From a virus, in IMG/VR virus record IMGVR_UViG_3300013099_000017, positions 1 to 64,000 of that record: a stretch of 64,000 bases of DNA, one strand, 5' to 3'. Each line of letters opens with the position of its first letter. Position 1 is the stretch's first letter. A model generated the notes under the pieces. The model was not told the DNA's origin and made no database searches. It saw only the letters and a list, made by a program, of their open reading frames with translations. The position numbers were made by a program, and so were the translations under genes. Positions 55,165-63,494 of the stretch are shown here, piece by piece.

Positions 55165-55356
55165 ATGGGAAATATTATGATTAGAATTATCGTTGATACA
55201 GAAAAAGAAAAAGAAAGATTATTAGAAGAATCTTTGTTTATTCATAAACAGAGACATATTGATATTAATTTTTGCAATACATTGGCTCATATATACACAT
55301 ATCCTGATATTATTGAAGTTACAAAAAAAGAGAAAACTGGTAGGTTTGTGTCATGA
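55165..55356 (+). CDS. Hypothetical protein
   Basis: 63-aa ORF. Confidence 0.45.
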   Translation: MGNIMIRIIVDTEKEKERLLEESLFIHKQRHIDINFCNTLAHIYTYPDIIEVTKKEKTGRFVS

Positions 55357-55461
55357 TTACAGATAAAGCAATTGATACTGTAATGTGTGCGTTAGGATTG
55401 GAAAATTTTCTTAGGCGAAATATATTCAAACGTTGGTCAAATTATCAAGGTATCGTTAAAT

Positions 55462-55755
55462 TTGAAGAAATTTGTGAACATGAAATTCAATGGTTTTTCC
55501 AAAGCCATTTATCAAAAAATATACATACATAAGGAACAAATAATGTTAATAAGAAGTGATATGTTATGTATGACTAATGTACAATGGAATAAATTTGAAT
55601 CCATTTTTGGTAAAGGTGATATTGTTGATTTATCAATAAAAAAATTATATGATGAAGTTGGTTTGATTTCATTTAAGACAGTATTAACAAATGAAGATGA
55701 AAATTTATTTATTCATTATTTATATCGGTACGATAAATTAAAAAGGAACACATGA
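55462..55755 (+). CDS. Hypothetical protein
   Basis: 97-aa ORF. Confidence 0.4.
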   Translation: MKKFVNMKFNGFSKAIYQKIYIHKEQIMLIRSDMLCMTNVQWNKFESIFGKGDIVDLSIKKLYDEVGLISFKTVLTNEDENLFIHYLYRYDKLKRNT

Positions 55756-56089
55756 AATGATTGAATGTTATTTTAGGTGGTGTGAACATCATTACAAAGA
55801 TGAACCATTTTGTAAATTAGATAAATGTGTTGCTACAAAAGAACAAATGATGAAATTTACGGAATTGAGAAAAGATGATTTAACCATCTTAGTAAAAAAA
55901 GATACCGAAGGGGTATTATGAAAGATCGAATGGAATATAATAAACGTGGTAAGAAATGGGTAATTACAAAACCCAATGGTGTGAATATTGCTTATACGTT
56001 TGATGAAATGGTTGAAATGAAAAACATTTTAAAACATTTAATTAAAATAGAACAACTTAACGAAATTAACAAAAAAGGGTAAATTTATT

Positions 56090-57076
56090 ATGATAAAAGT
56101 GGAAGGTAAAAAAGGTATTTATGCAGAAATAGTTGCTGATTCTGTAAGTGAAAATGGTGATCGATTAACAACATTCCGATTACATTATCCAAGAATAATT
56201 CATGCAGAAGTAATGACACATCGAATGTTTTCCCGAAATGCATCAAGTTCAAGAGCAATTCCAGTTAAAACAATTTTAGAACAGGTTAATGAAAATCCTG
56301 CAATGCCCGTTCAATTTGGTAAAAATAAATCAGGTATGCAAGATGATGGTGAACATGCTGAACTAATTCAACTTGATTATGTTGATGAATGTGGTGATCA
56401 GCAACTTCAATTTATTACTCCGGAAGAATTTTGGGAATTGAGTGCGGTTTCTGCCAGTGAATTTGCTGAAACATTTGCTGATGCTGGTTATCATAAACAA
56501 GTTTGTAATCGTTTATTAGAACCATATCAATATATGAATGTTATCGTTAGTATGACCGATATTGATAATTTTTGGCATTTGCGTTTACACAAAGATGCTG
56601 ATCCAACATTTGTTAATTTATCTGAATGTATGAAAGATGCTTATGATGAATCAATTCCAGAAAAAATAGTAGATGAAGATTATCATCTACCATTCATTGA
56701 TAAAATACATCCTATTGTCGGACTGACTAAATATTTTGCCGATGATATTGAAATTACATTGGAAGAAGCAATTAAAATTTCAATATCATTATGCTGTCAA
56801 GTAAGTTATCGTAAATCGGATTTCTCAATTGAAAAAGCAATTAAAATTTGGGATATGTTAGTAACAATGAATCCGGTACATGCTTCACCATTAGAACATG
56901 TTGCTAAACCATTTTCTGATGGTGAATACATTAAACGGGCAATCATTCAGGAAAAAATTGTTGAAGCTAAATTGCTTGGTATTGATGCAATGTATTGTGG
57001 TAATTTCAGGGGTTGGATACAATATAGAAAAGGTGTTAAGAATGAAAATATTTCCATTTTTAATAACTGGAAATAA
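56090..57076 (+). CDS. thyX: Flavin-dependent thymidylate synthase ThyX/Thy1-like
   Basis: ADS....RLTTF.L.YPR.IHAE.MTHR.FSRNASSSRAIP, HKQ..NRLLEP, F..LR.H.DA.P, H.SPLEH.A. Confidence 0.78.
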   Translation: MIKVEGKKGIYAEIVADSVSENGDRLTTFRLHYPRIIHAEVMTHRMFSRNASSSRAIPVKTILEQVNENPAMPVQFGKNKSGMQDDGEHAELIQLDYVDECGDQQLQFITPEEFWELSAVSASEFAETFADAGYHKQVCNRLLEPYQYMNVIVSMTDIDNFWHLRLHKDADPTFVNLSECMKDAYDESIPEKIVDEDYHLPFIDKIHPIVGLTKYFADDIEITLEEAIKISISLCCQVSYRKSDFSIEKAIKIWDMLVTMNPVHASPLEHVAKPFSDGEYIKRAIIQEKIVEAKLLGIDAMYCGNFRGWIQYRKGVKNENISIFNNWK

Positions 57077-57115
57077 ATATGTATATGTGTATAAATAATC
57101 CAAAAGGAAAATATT

Positions 57116-57391
57116 ATGAAAGTTGTACCAATGTTAAATGAAGTGGGGAATGTAGTAAAGAACCAATACACTTATTATTTTGAAGGTTGTTATATACTTC
57201 AATCATATGATCGATGGACGGTAAAAATTGAAGGGGATGGTCAAATTTATCTTGATGAAAAATCATGGGATGCTTCAAAAACTACTGCAAAATACAGAAA
57301 TCAATTTTTGAATATGGGTACAAATGAAATTCATGAAAAAATTAAAACTGGTGAAATTAAAGTGATTAATCTTAATGGGGATTCATCATGA
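57116..57391 (+). CDS. Hypothetical protein
   Basis: NQY......LQSY...V......WD.S.TT.KYRNQFL. Confidence 0.6.
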   Translation: MKVVPMLNEVGNVVKNQYTYYFEGCYILQSYDRWTVKIEGDGQIYLDEKSWDASKTTAKYRNQFLNMGTNEIHEKIKTGEIKVINLNGDSS

Positions 57392-57582
57392 GTTCATTTT
57401 CATTTGGTAATAAAGTAAGAACTATGCAACGGGCAGATCTTGAACAATTGGTTTTTAAAATGGAAGATCAATTATTAAATGTAATTGATGATGAAGCTCG
57501 TCTTAATCAAGAGGGGGAGATTTTACCTGCTGACAGACAACCTGATCATGTTGCTGAAATTATGAGGTTAATTGAATTTTAA
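57388..57582 (+). CDS. Hypothetical protein
   Basis: 64-aa coupled ORF. Confidence 0.5.
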   Translation: MSSFSFGNKVRTMQRADLEQLVFKMEDQLLNVIDDEARLNQEGEILPADRQPDHVAEIMRLIEF

Positions 57583-57854
57583 TGGATACTCATACATATT
57601 TTGGTTTATGTGCAGATCATGATTGGGAATTTTTCAGAAACTATTTTAATTCTGATAATAAAGAACAATCTTTGAATGGTGAAGAAGAATCAAATACACT
57701 ACTTTATCATTATCGAAAATGTAGTGTATGTCGTGATATTTATGATGCTTGGTATACCTTTAAAATTATTAATAAAGGTGAAGGCATAAAACCAAATTTT
57801 GATGATTTTATAGGGGATGTTTATGAAGGAGTGGAAAACTCAAACGGATGCTAA
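57582..57854 (+). CDS. Hypothetical protein
   Basis: 90 aa, CSVC. Confidence 0.5.
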   Translation: MDTHTYFGLCADHDWEFFRNYFNSDNKEQSLNGEEESNTLLYHYRKCSVCRDIYDAWYTFKIINKGEGIKPNFDDFIGDVYEGVENSNGC

Positions 57855-58054
57855 TAGCAACAAAAGCTGGAACAATAAATGCACTAATTATGATTGTCCG
57901 GAACATGTAAATAATTATCAAGTTGGTAATTGTAGACTTGGTATAAATTTCAGGGGATGTAAGATAGCTAAAAAAGCTAAAAAATATTTTAAATAATATC
58001 CCATTGTGTAATAATATAATCTGAATTGAGAGAAAACTTCCAAAAGGAAATGAA

Positions 58055-58270
58055 ATGAGTTTTGAAGCAAAAATTGCAGTCTTATATGATTTTGATGGAT
58101 TTCGGGCTAATGTTGTAGAAATCATTACCCGTAAAATTCAAACTATAGGACGGGGTTCAAAAGAAAAACGTTTTATTTCTTATAAGGGTAAACGTCAAGA
58201 TGTGTTTACTTTACCTAATTGTTATCTTGATACTACTCCATTTTGTATTTCAGTAAGGAATTATAGTTAA
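58055..58270 (+). CDS. Hypothetical protein
   Basis: ATG after the conserved leader. Confidence 0.55.
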   Translation: MSFEAKIAVLYDFDGFRANVVEIITRKIQTIGRGSKEKRFISYKGKRQDVFTLPNCYLDTTPFCISVRNYS

Positions 58271-58482
58271 TGTCTAAACTTAATAAATTCAAAAAAGTTG
58301 CTCAATTTTTATATTCTATGGATTATTATTCGTTTGTGGAAATAACCCAATTTGATAATAATGATTCTATATATTGTGCTTGTAAATGGGATGAATTTAG
58401 ACGTAATCCACTTGGTGAATTCTTGGAGTATGATGAAGAACTTCAACAGCAATTTGTGGATTATATTAATAATGCAGTATGA
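58270..58482 (+). CDS. Hypothetical protein, tandem paralogue 1
   Basis: KLNKFK.VAQ.LYSM...EFL.YDEELQQ.FVD.INN. Confidence 0.6.
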   Translation: MSKLNKFKKVAQFLYSMDYYSFVEITQFDNNDSIYCACKWDEFRRNPLGEFLEYDEELQQQFVDYINNAV

Positions 58483-58735
58483 TAATGGTGTTGAAATTAT
58501 CCAAGATTGGCAGAGCATAAATAGTAATGAATCTAATAAACTTAATATTTTCAAGTCAATTGCACAATCATTATATTCAATGAGTTATGAAACGTATACA
58601 CATATAACGAATTTTAATGATGTTCATTATAATTGGATTCAATGGGAAGCATTTAGTCGAGATAGAATTGTTGAATTCTTGAATTATGATGAAGAACTTC
58701 AACAAAGATTTGTTGATTTTATTAATAATAAATAG
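58472..58735 (+). CDS. Hypothetical protein, tandem paralogue 2
   Basis: KLNIFK.IAQ.LYSM...EFL.YDEELQQ.FVD.INN; likely ATG 58472. Confidence 0.6.
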   Translation: MQYDNGVEIIQDWQSINSNESNKLNIFKSIAQSLYSMSYETYTHITNFNDVHYNWIQWEAFSRDRIVEFLNYDEELQQRFVDFINNK

Positions 58736-58845
58736 GTTGTAATAATGAATGAATATGTAGGAATTTTGGGTTATATTGAATTGTGGGCTATTGTCCCATA
58801 TACTCATATGGTTGTGTTTCAAATATCAGAATGGATTAAATTATA

Positions 58846-59169
58846 ATGGGAGTTTTTGGGGGACGTTATTCAAGTTCATGTAATCGACAATATGATCGTA
58901 ATGATAATACCGCACCAAATCCAAATAAATTTAAATTCAGTATTTTACGTGTAATTCAAGGTAAAAATGATTTAGTGTTTTTAGAAGTTCATTATCCGGA
59001 TTGTATAACATATGATGGTATTAAATATATTGTTATGAATTCATCTTTAATTGAATGGTCTAATTTTCACGAACTTGATCCACATTTTATTGAAGGAAAT
59101 AATGTTATAGCAAGATTTGCACCAACACAAGATGGTTATGGATATGCTATGAATATGATAGGAATGTAA
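58846..59169 (+). CDS. Conserved phage hypothetical protein
   Basis: PNPNKFKF.I......L.VHYPDC..YDG.K, LDPHF.E....ARF.PT..G. Confidence 0.65.
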   Translation: MGVFGGRYSSSCNRQYDRNDNTAPNPNKFKFSILRVIQGKNDLVFLEVHYPDCITYDGIKYIVMNSSLIEWSNFHELDPHFIEGNNVIARFAPTQDGYGYAMNMIGM

Positions 59170-59171
59170 TT

Positions 59172-59321
59172 ATGAATGGTTTACAATGGGAACTTGATTG
59201 GGTTTGGAAAAATCGTGATCAATATTGTTGTGATTTACATGCATTGTCTGTTATTGAAAATATTAAAAAACGGTATCAGATTAACAAATTAAAAGATGAA
59301 ATTGAAAAATTGAAAAAATAA
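59172..59321 (+). CDS. Hypothetical protein (49 aa, not in track)
   Basis: MNGLQWELDW...; ends immediately before tRNA-Arg. Confidence 0.4.
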   Translation: MNGLQWELDWVWKNRDQYCCDLHALSVIENIKKRYQINKLKDEIEKLKK

Positions 59322-59322
59322 T

Positions 59323-59402
59323 ACGCTTGTAGCTCAGTCCGGAATTAGAGCAGGGTGCTTCTAACGCCCGTGTCGAGGGTTCAAATCCCCCCTAGCGTAC
59401 CA
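59323..59402 (+). tRNA. tRNA-Arg(UCU)
   Basis: Acceptor ACGCTTG/CTAGCGT (one T-T mismatch), D stem GCTC/GAGC, anticodon arm GGGTG-CTTCTAA-CGCCC, T loop GGTTCAAATCC, encoded CCA. Confidence 0.9.
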
Positions 59403-59404
59403 AA

Positions 59405-59644
59405 TTAATGTTTGTGTTGATGATCATCTTTATGTAAATGATCACCATCAACATGAAGATAACCATCAAAATCATCAAAGAAATCATCGTGATGAAGATA
59501 ATAATCTTCCAATAAATTATCATTTAACATACAATCACATTCACTATAATAAGTATATTTTGCATTTGTTGTTATATGATATCCTATAAAAAAGACTGCA
59601 ATAAGAAATAATATATATGTAATTTTCATAATTGTAATATTCAT
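59405..59644 (-). CDS. Membrane-anchored His/Asp-rich protein
   Basis: N-terminal hydrophobic helix, CDC, tail YLHHDDFFDDFDGYLHVDGDHLHKDDHQHKH; local base composition flips to minus-strand coding. Confidence 0.6.
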   Translation of the reverse strand: MNITIMKITYILFLIAVFFIGYHITTNAKYTYYSECDCMLNDNLLEDYYLHHDDFFDDFDGYLHVDGDHLHKDDHQHKH

Positions 59645-59749
59645 GTTTATATTTATTAATTTACAAAAGTAGGAATTTACCTATACACAAATATGTTAAA
59701 GTGTGAGACAATTCACATATTGAAATAAAAAAAGAAAGGAAAATAAATC

Positions 59750-60001
59750 ATGGCAAATTTTAAAGCTCGTTTTGATAATGATACTTTTTTGAATTTTGGA
59801 ACAGTTAATGAAATTGTGAAATCCAAATCAACCGCAGGTGTTTTTATTGAAAGTATTGAAATCAATCCCATTGAATGTGGGGTTTTAACTCCAATAACTT
59901 TTAAATTTCTGGCTTTATTTGAAACTTTAACTTTGGATATAATTAACCGTTTGGAACACGGTGAATTTGATACACTCTTAAATGAAATGGATAGTGTATA
60001 A
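59750..60001 (+). CDS. Hypothetical protein
   Basis: 83-aa ORF with AAGGA RBS. Confidence 0.55.
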   Translation: MANFKARFDNDTFLNFGTVNEIVKSKSTAGVFIESIEINPIECGVLTPITFKFLALFETLTLDIINRLEHGEFDTLLNEMDSV

Positions 60002-60122
60002 CGAATATGATGGTCAGTATATAATGACATCATGTAAAATCATTTACACTAATGTAGATGGTTTAAGGGACTAACTTATAGGGTATGGATACCCACAAAC
60101 TTTAATATTAAGGAAATATAAA

Positions 60123-61205
60123 ATGAAAAATGTAATTTTAAGTGCAATTGTTGCACTAACGCTTGCCTCTGGTGTTGCGTTTGCTACTGGTTATGATTAT
60201 AGTGGTGGTGTTGTAGCTGGATCTCAGGGTTCAGGTGAAGCATCTTCGGGTGGTAATGGTCGAACAGGTGGAACGGTAACTCAATCCTCAACTTCTCAGG
60301 CGTATAATGAAACGGGTGCAACCGCTTCAAGTGTGAAAAACGGTGATAAAGTTGATGTGACTGCTACTACACGTTCTGCTGGTTTTACTGTACAATCTTC
60401 ACAAACTACTCAGCGTGGAAATGCTCAGGGGTCAACGGGATCGTTAGCTGTTCAAGGTGGTTCTGCTAATGCTAACGCTGATGGTAGTGTTCGTGATCGT
60501 GATGGTACTATTAGCTGGGATGGTAATTGGGGAACTGCTAACGCTTCGGGTGATGCTAGTGTATCGTCTAAGTCTGCTCAGGGTTCCGGTGGTTTAACAT
60601 TTTCTTCTGGAAATGGAAAATCTACATATGGTACTGATAGTTATGCAGGAAATGCATCTTATGCAGGTGTTGAAGTTGATGCTGATGCTTCTCGTAATGT
60701 GACAGGTGTGCAATTATCATCTTATGGTGAATCTTTTGGTGGTAATGGACAAATTGTTAATGGTACTCAGCGTGGTAATGCGTTTGGTGTAGCAGGGGCA
60801 ATTGGTGGTCAAGAAGGTTCTGCTCAGGGTAATGCTGGTGGTGGAATTGTATTTGGACAAGCTACTGGTTGGACAAGTGGTGTAGCAGGGGCAGGTCAAG
60901 CATCTAATGCTTCAAATGCTGATGTTAAATCTGGTGGTGTTGTATTTGGTGTTAATGGTGGTGATGCTCGCTCTATTACAAATACAGGCTCATGGAATGG
61001 TTCAAATTCCGGTGTAGTTGGTACTACAACTCCTGATAATAGCTTAACATCTGTTAATACATGGGGCAATGAAGGTGGCGGATCAAATTCCAACACTGTA
61101 AATCGTGATCGTGGCTTTGCAGGTGCAATTGGTGGTGGTAATGCTACTAATAGTGGTTATGGTAATGGTGTAGGTGGTTTCTCTACTTATGGTAATCCTC
61201 AGTAA
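60123..61205 (+). CDS. Secreted Gly/Ser/Asn/Gln-rich low-complexity protein
   Basis: Signal peptide MKNVILSAIVALTLASGVAFA; no Cys, repeated QRGNA.G / GAIGG; visibly higher GC than its surroundings. Confidence 0.75.
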   Translation: MKNVILSAIVALTLASGVAFATGYDYSGGVVAGSQGSGEASSGGNGRTGGTVTQSSTSQAYNETGATASSVKNGDKVDVTATTRSAGFTVQSSQTTQRGNAQGSTGSLAVQGGSANANADGSVRDRDGTISWDGNWGTANASGDASVSSKSAQGSGGLTFSSGNGKSTYGTDSYAGNASYAGVEVDADASRNVTGVQLSSYGESFGGNGQIVNGTQRGNAFGVAGAIGGQEGSAQGNAGGGIVFGQATGWTSGVAGAGQASNASNADVKSGGVVFGVNGGDARSITNTGSWNGSNSGVVGTTTPDNSLTSVNTWGNEGGGSNSNTVNRDRGFAGAIGGGNATNSGYGNGVGGFSTYGNPQ

Positions 61206-61213
61206 AGGAAACT

Positions 61214-61253
61214 AATTTATTACACATCATTTAATCATGATGTGTAATAAATT
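61214..61253 (+). terminator. Long hairpin after the Gly-rich secreted gene
   Basis: AATTTATTACACATCAT/ATGATGTGTAATAAATT perfect 17-bp stem. Confidence 0.7.
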
Positions 61254-61276
61254 TTAAACAACAAAGGAAATAAATT

Positions 61277-61900
61277 ATGAAAAAAATTATAGTGTTAATG
61301 ATATTAAGTATGTTCTTATTATCATCTAATGTTTTTGCAGATAATAACGGAAATCTTAATCGTGTCTCCGGTGAAACAACTTCTGCTAATGTACAGGGTG
61401 TTCAATCAGGATCATTATCAGGATCATATTTAGGTTTAGATCAATCTGATCATTCTACTACAACTATTGATGCAAGTGATTTAAGTAGAAGTGTACCAAG
61501 TGTATTTTCGGCAGGTGTTACGGCAGGTGGTTCAAATCCATGTATCGTTTCAGTTGGTGGTGGTGCTGGGTGGCAAGGTGCTGGATTTAACTTTGCAAGG
61601 GCTTATAATGATGGTGAATGTCAAGTTCGTGAAAGTTTACGTTTGATTGTTGCTATTTTGCCTAACACAAGTGATGTTGGTTCACAAATGTTAATTCGTG
61701 AAACAGCGTGTCAATCTGATATTTTTTGGCAGTCAATGGAGCGTGTTTATATTGCTACAAAAGATACCCGTTTTTTATGTACAACACCAAGACCAGAAAA
61801 TAAACCAATTGCTATTCGTGATCGTGTTCAGGAAGAAATTATCAGAACACAGGCTCCAAAAAGATCATTTGAATCTCAAAAAATCAACGATGTGTTTTAA
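61277..61900 (+). CDS. Secreted protein, conserved phage family
   Basis: Signal peptide ...SSNVFA; VPS......NPC..SVGGG.G..G.GF......D.EC..RE. Confidence 0.7.
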   Translation: MKKIIVLMILSMFLLSSNVFADNNGNLNRVSGETTSANVQGVQSGSLSGSYLGLDQSDHSTTTIDASDLSRSVPSVFSAGVTAGGSNPCIVSVGGGAGWQGAGFNFARAYNDGECQVRESLRLIVAILPNTSDVGSQMLIRETACQSDIFWQSMERVYIATKDTRFLCTTPRPENKPIAIRDRVQEEIIRTQAPKRSFESQKINDVF

Positions 61901-61912
61901 GGGGAAAATGAT

Positions 61913-62149
61913 ATGAAAAAAATATTAATAGCTTTATTTTTAATGTTCAGTTTCAATATTGTTAGTGCTTTGGAAGTTGAACCAGTTGATGAAAATCTTC
62001 CTGATACTGATACATCTGTATTAAAATCAAATGATATGGATGATCCGGTGTTTGGGTTAGGTGATAATTTACAGGGACCGAACTCCCATTTACAATATAA
62101 CACGATACCTGTTTCACAGGGTATGAAGGTTCAACAACCAAAGTTGTAA
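61913..62149 (+). CDS. Small secreted protein
   Basis: Signal peptide MKKILIALFLMFSFNIVSA. Confidence 0.65.
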   Translation: MKKILIALFLMFSFNIVSALEVEPVDENLPDTDTSVLKSNDMDDPVFGLGDNLQGPNSHLQYNTIPVSQGMKVQQPKL

Positions 62150-62173
62150 GCGTGTTTGAAATTGTACGATAAT

Positions 62174-62202
62174 AAAAAACATCAAGTGATTGGTGTTTTT
62201 TT
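62174..62202 (+). terminator. Intrinsic terminator after the secreted-protein cluster
   Basis: AAAAAACATCA-loop-TGGTGTTTTTTT. Confidence 0.55.
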
Positions 62203-62205
62203 GTT

Positions 62206-62254
62206 AATATCCCATTGTGAGTATATACATTTATTAACTAATAAACGATACTAT
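62206..62254 (+). promoter_or_regulatory. CCCA-N3-TGGG-type palindrome promoter (one substitution)
   Basis: AATATCCCATTGTGAGTATATA-N21-TACTAT. Confidence 0.65.
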
Positions 62255-62294
62255 GCTTATCGTTTAAAGATAAATTTTCAAAAGGAAATAAATA

Positions 62295-62870
62295 ATGAAT
62301 ATTGTTAATGTTGCATTTAAAAATGCAGTTGTTGAAGTATTAGCTCAATATGGTTTTCGTTTAGGTTTAAATAATCTTGATCGCAAATACAATGTGATTT
62401 ATCATGATAATATTGATCGTTTCACATTAGAATATCGTGAATTTCATGGTAGAATCTCACTCCGTTTAGATGGTACAACAATCACAAACTCTCGTAAAAT
62501 TGATTATTATGAAGATGATGAAAAAGCATTAGTCAATCTTACTTCACGGTTGAAACGTATTCTAAAAAATGAACGTGAATATAATGAATTGCGTGTCAAA
62601 CGTGATAATGCAAATCGTGATAATAAAGCGAAAATTGCAGAAAAGATTGATGGTTTCAATAATCGCAAAGGTGGTCATAGTATTGTTGTTGATCCGGATT
62701 CATTGGAAGATGAATATTCTCAATTAACTGTTTTTTATCGTTCATACGAATTTATTGCAAAAGTTGATGAAGAAGGTCTTTTATTTACAAGACAAAATTT
62801 ATTAAATAAACCAACTGAGGATTTACCATTAGATAAGTTGACAGGTATTGTTGATATTTTGGTAGATTAA
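62295..62870 (+). CDS. Hypothetical protein
   Basis: 191 aa downstream of a palindrome promoter and a degenerate leader. Confidence 0.6.
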   Translation: MNIVNVAFKNAVVEVLAQYGFRLGLNNLDRKYNVIYHDNIDRFTLEYREFHGRISLRLDGTTITNSRKIDYYEDDEKALVNLTSRLKRILKNEREYNELRVKRDNANRDNKAKIAEKIDGFNNRKGGHSIVVDPDSLEDEYSQLTVFYRSYEFIAKVDEEGLLFTRQNLLNKPTEDLPLDKLTGIVDILVD

Positions 62871-62945
62871 TATCTCTTTATGGGTATTCATTATTACATA
62901 ATTAAATGTAATAATGATTTCAAGATTAATTAATAGGAAATAAAA

Positions 62946-63494
62946 ATGACTAAATTATTTACTGCTAAATATGAAAGTGATGAAGATGTTGAATCATTCA
63001 CATTAGAGTTTGATGAAATTGATGAATTATTGGCAATTGTTGAACCAATTGAAGATGATTATTTCATTGATCGGGATGATATTAAAATCACTTGGAATTC
63101 CAATGCTGATGAAGGTGATGAAATTGTCAAGTTTTTGTATAAGTTGAACGATCTTACAATGGATGAAATGGTAAACACTTATGATGGTGATTATGATGAT
63201 TATCTGGAAAATGGTGATCTCTTTTATCAATTCATGTATTTAACTGAATATAATTCATATGATGCTGAAACCGCTATGGAAAAGGCTGATGATGTTTCAA
63301 TTTATCAGGGTGATGCAGAAGATTATGTGGAGCAATTCACAAAAGATTGTAATGGTGAAATTCCACAATTTTTAGAGTTTTATATTAATTGGGAACAAAT
63401 GGCAAGTGATTTTGTTCGTGATGGTGAATTGCTTGAACTTGATGATATTGTCGGTGGTGATAACGTTTGGGTTACTAATGGTAATTCAATGTAA
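62946..63494 (+). CDS. ardA: ArdA-like antirestriction (DNA mimic) protein
   Basis: Very acidic; C-terminal IYQG.AEDY.E.....EIP.FL..YI.WE..A.D...DG as in ArdA. Confidence 0.7.
   Translation: MTKLFTAKYESDEDVESFTLEFDEIDELLAIVEPIEDDYFIDRDDIKITWNSNADEGDEIVKFLYKLNDLTMDEMVNTYDGDYDDYLENGDLFYQFMYLTEYNSYDAETAMEKADDVSIYQGDAEDYVEQFTKDCNGEIPQFLEFYINWEQMASDFVRDGELLELDDIVGGDNVWVTNGNSM

Larger units (their letters stand above)
45732..58050 (+). repeat. Dispersed 17-nt leader AAACTTCCAAAAGGAAA, six exact copies
   Basis: 45732, 46952, 48612, 50183, 50628, 58034; each 4-6 nt upstream of an ATG. Confidence 0.95.

Noticed and set aside
45728-58057. CRISPR-like array from the repeated 17-mer
   Set aside because: The copies are kilobases apart and each precedes a start codon; there are no regular spacers and no cas genes.
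57808-60033. Minus-strand ORFs 57808-58125, 58309-58554, 58577-58822 and 59713-60033
   Set aside because: They overlap better-supported plus-strand genes and promoter modules.
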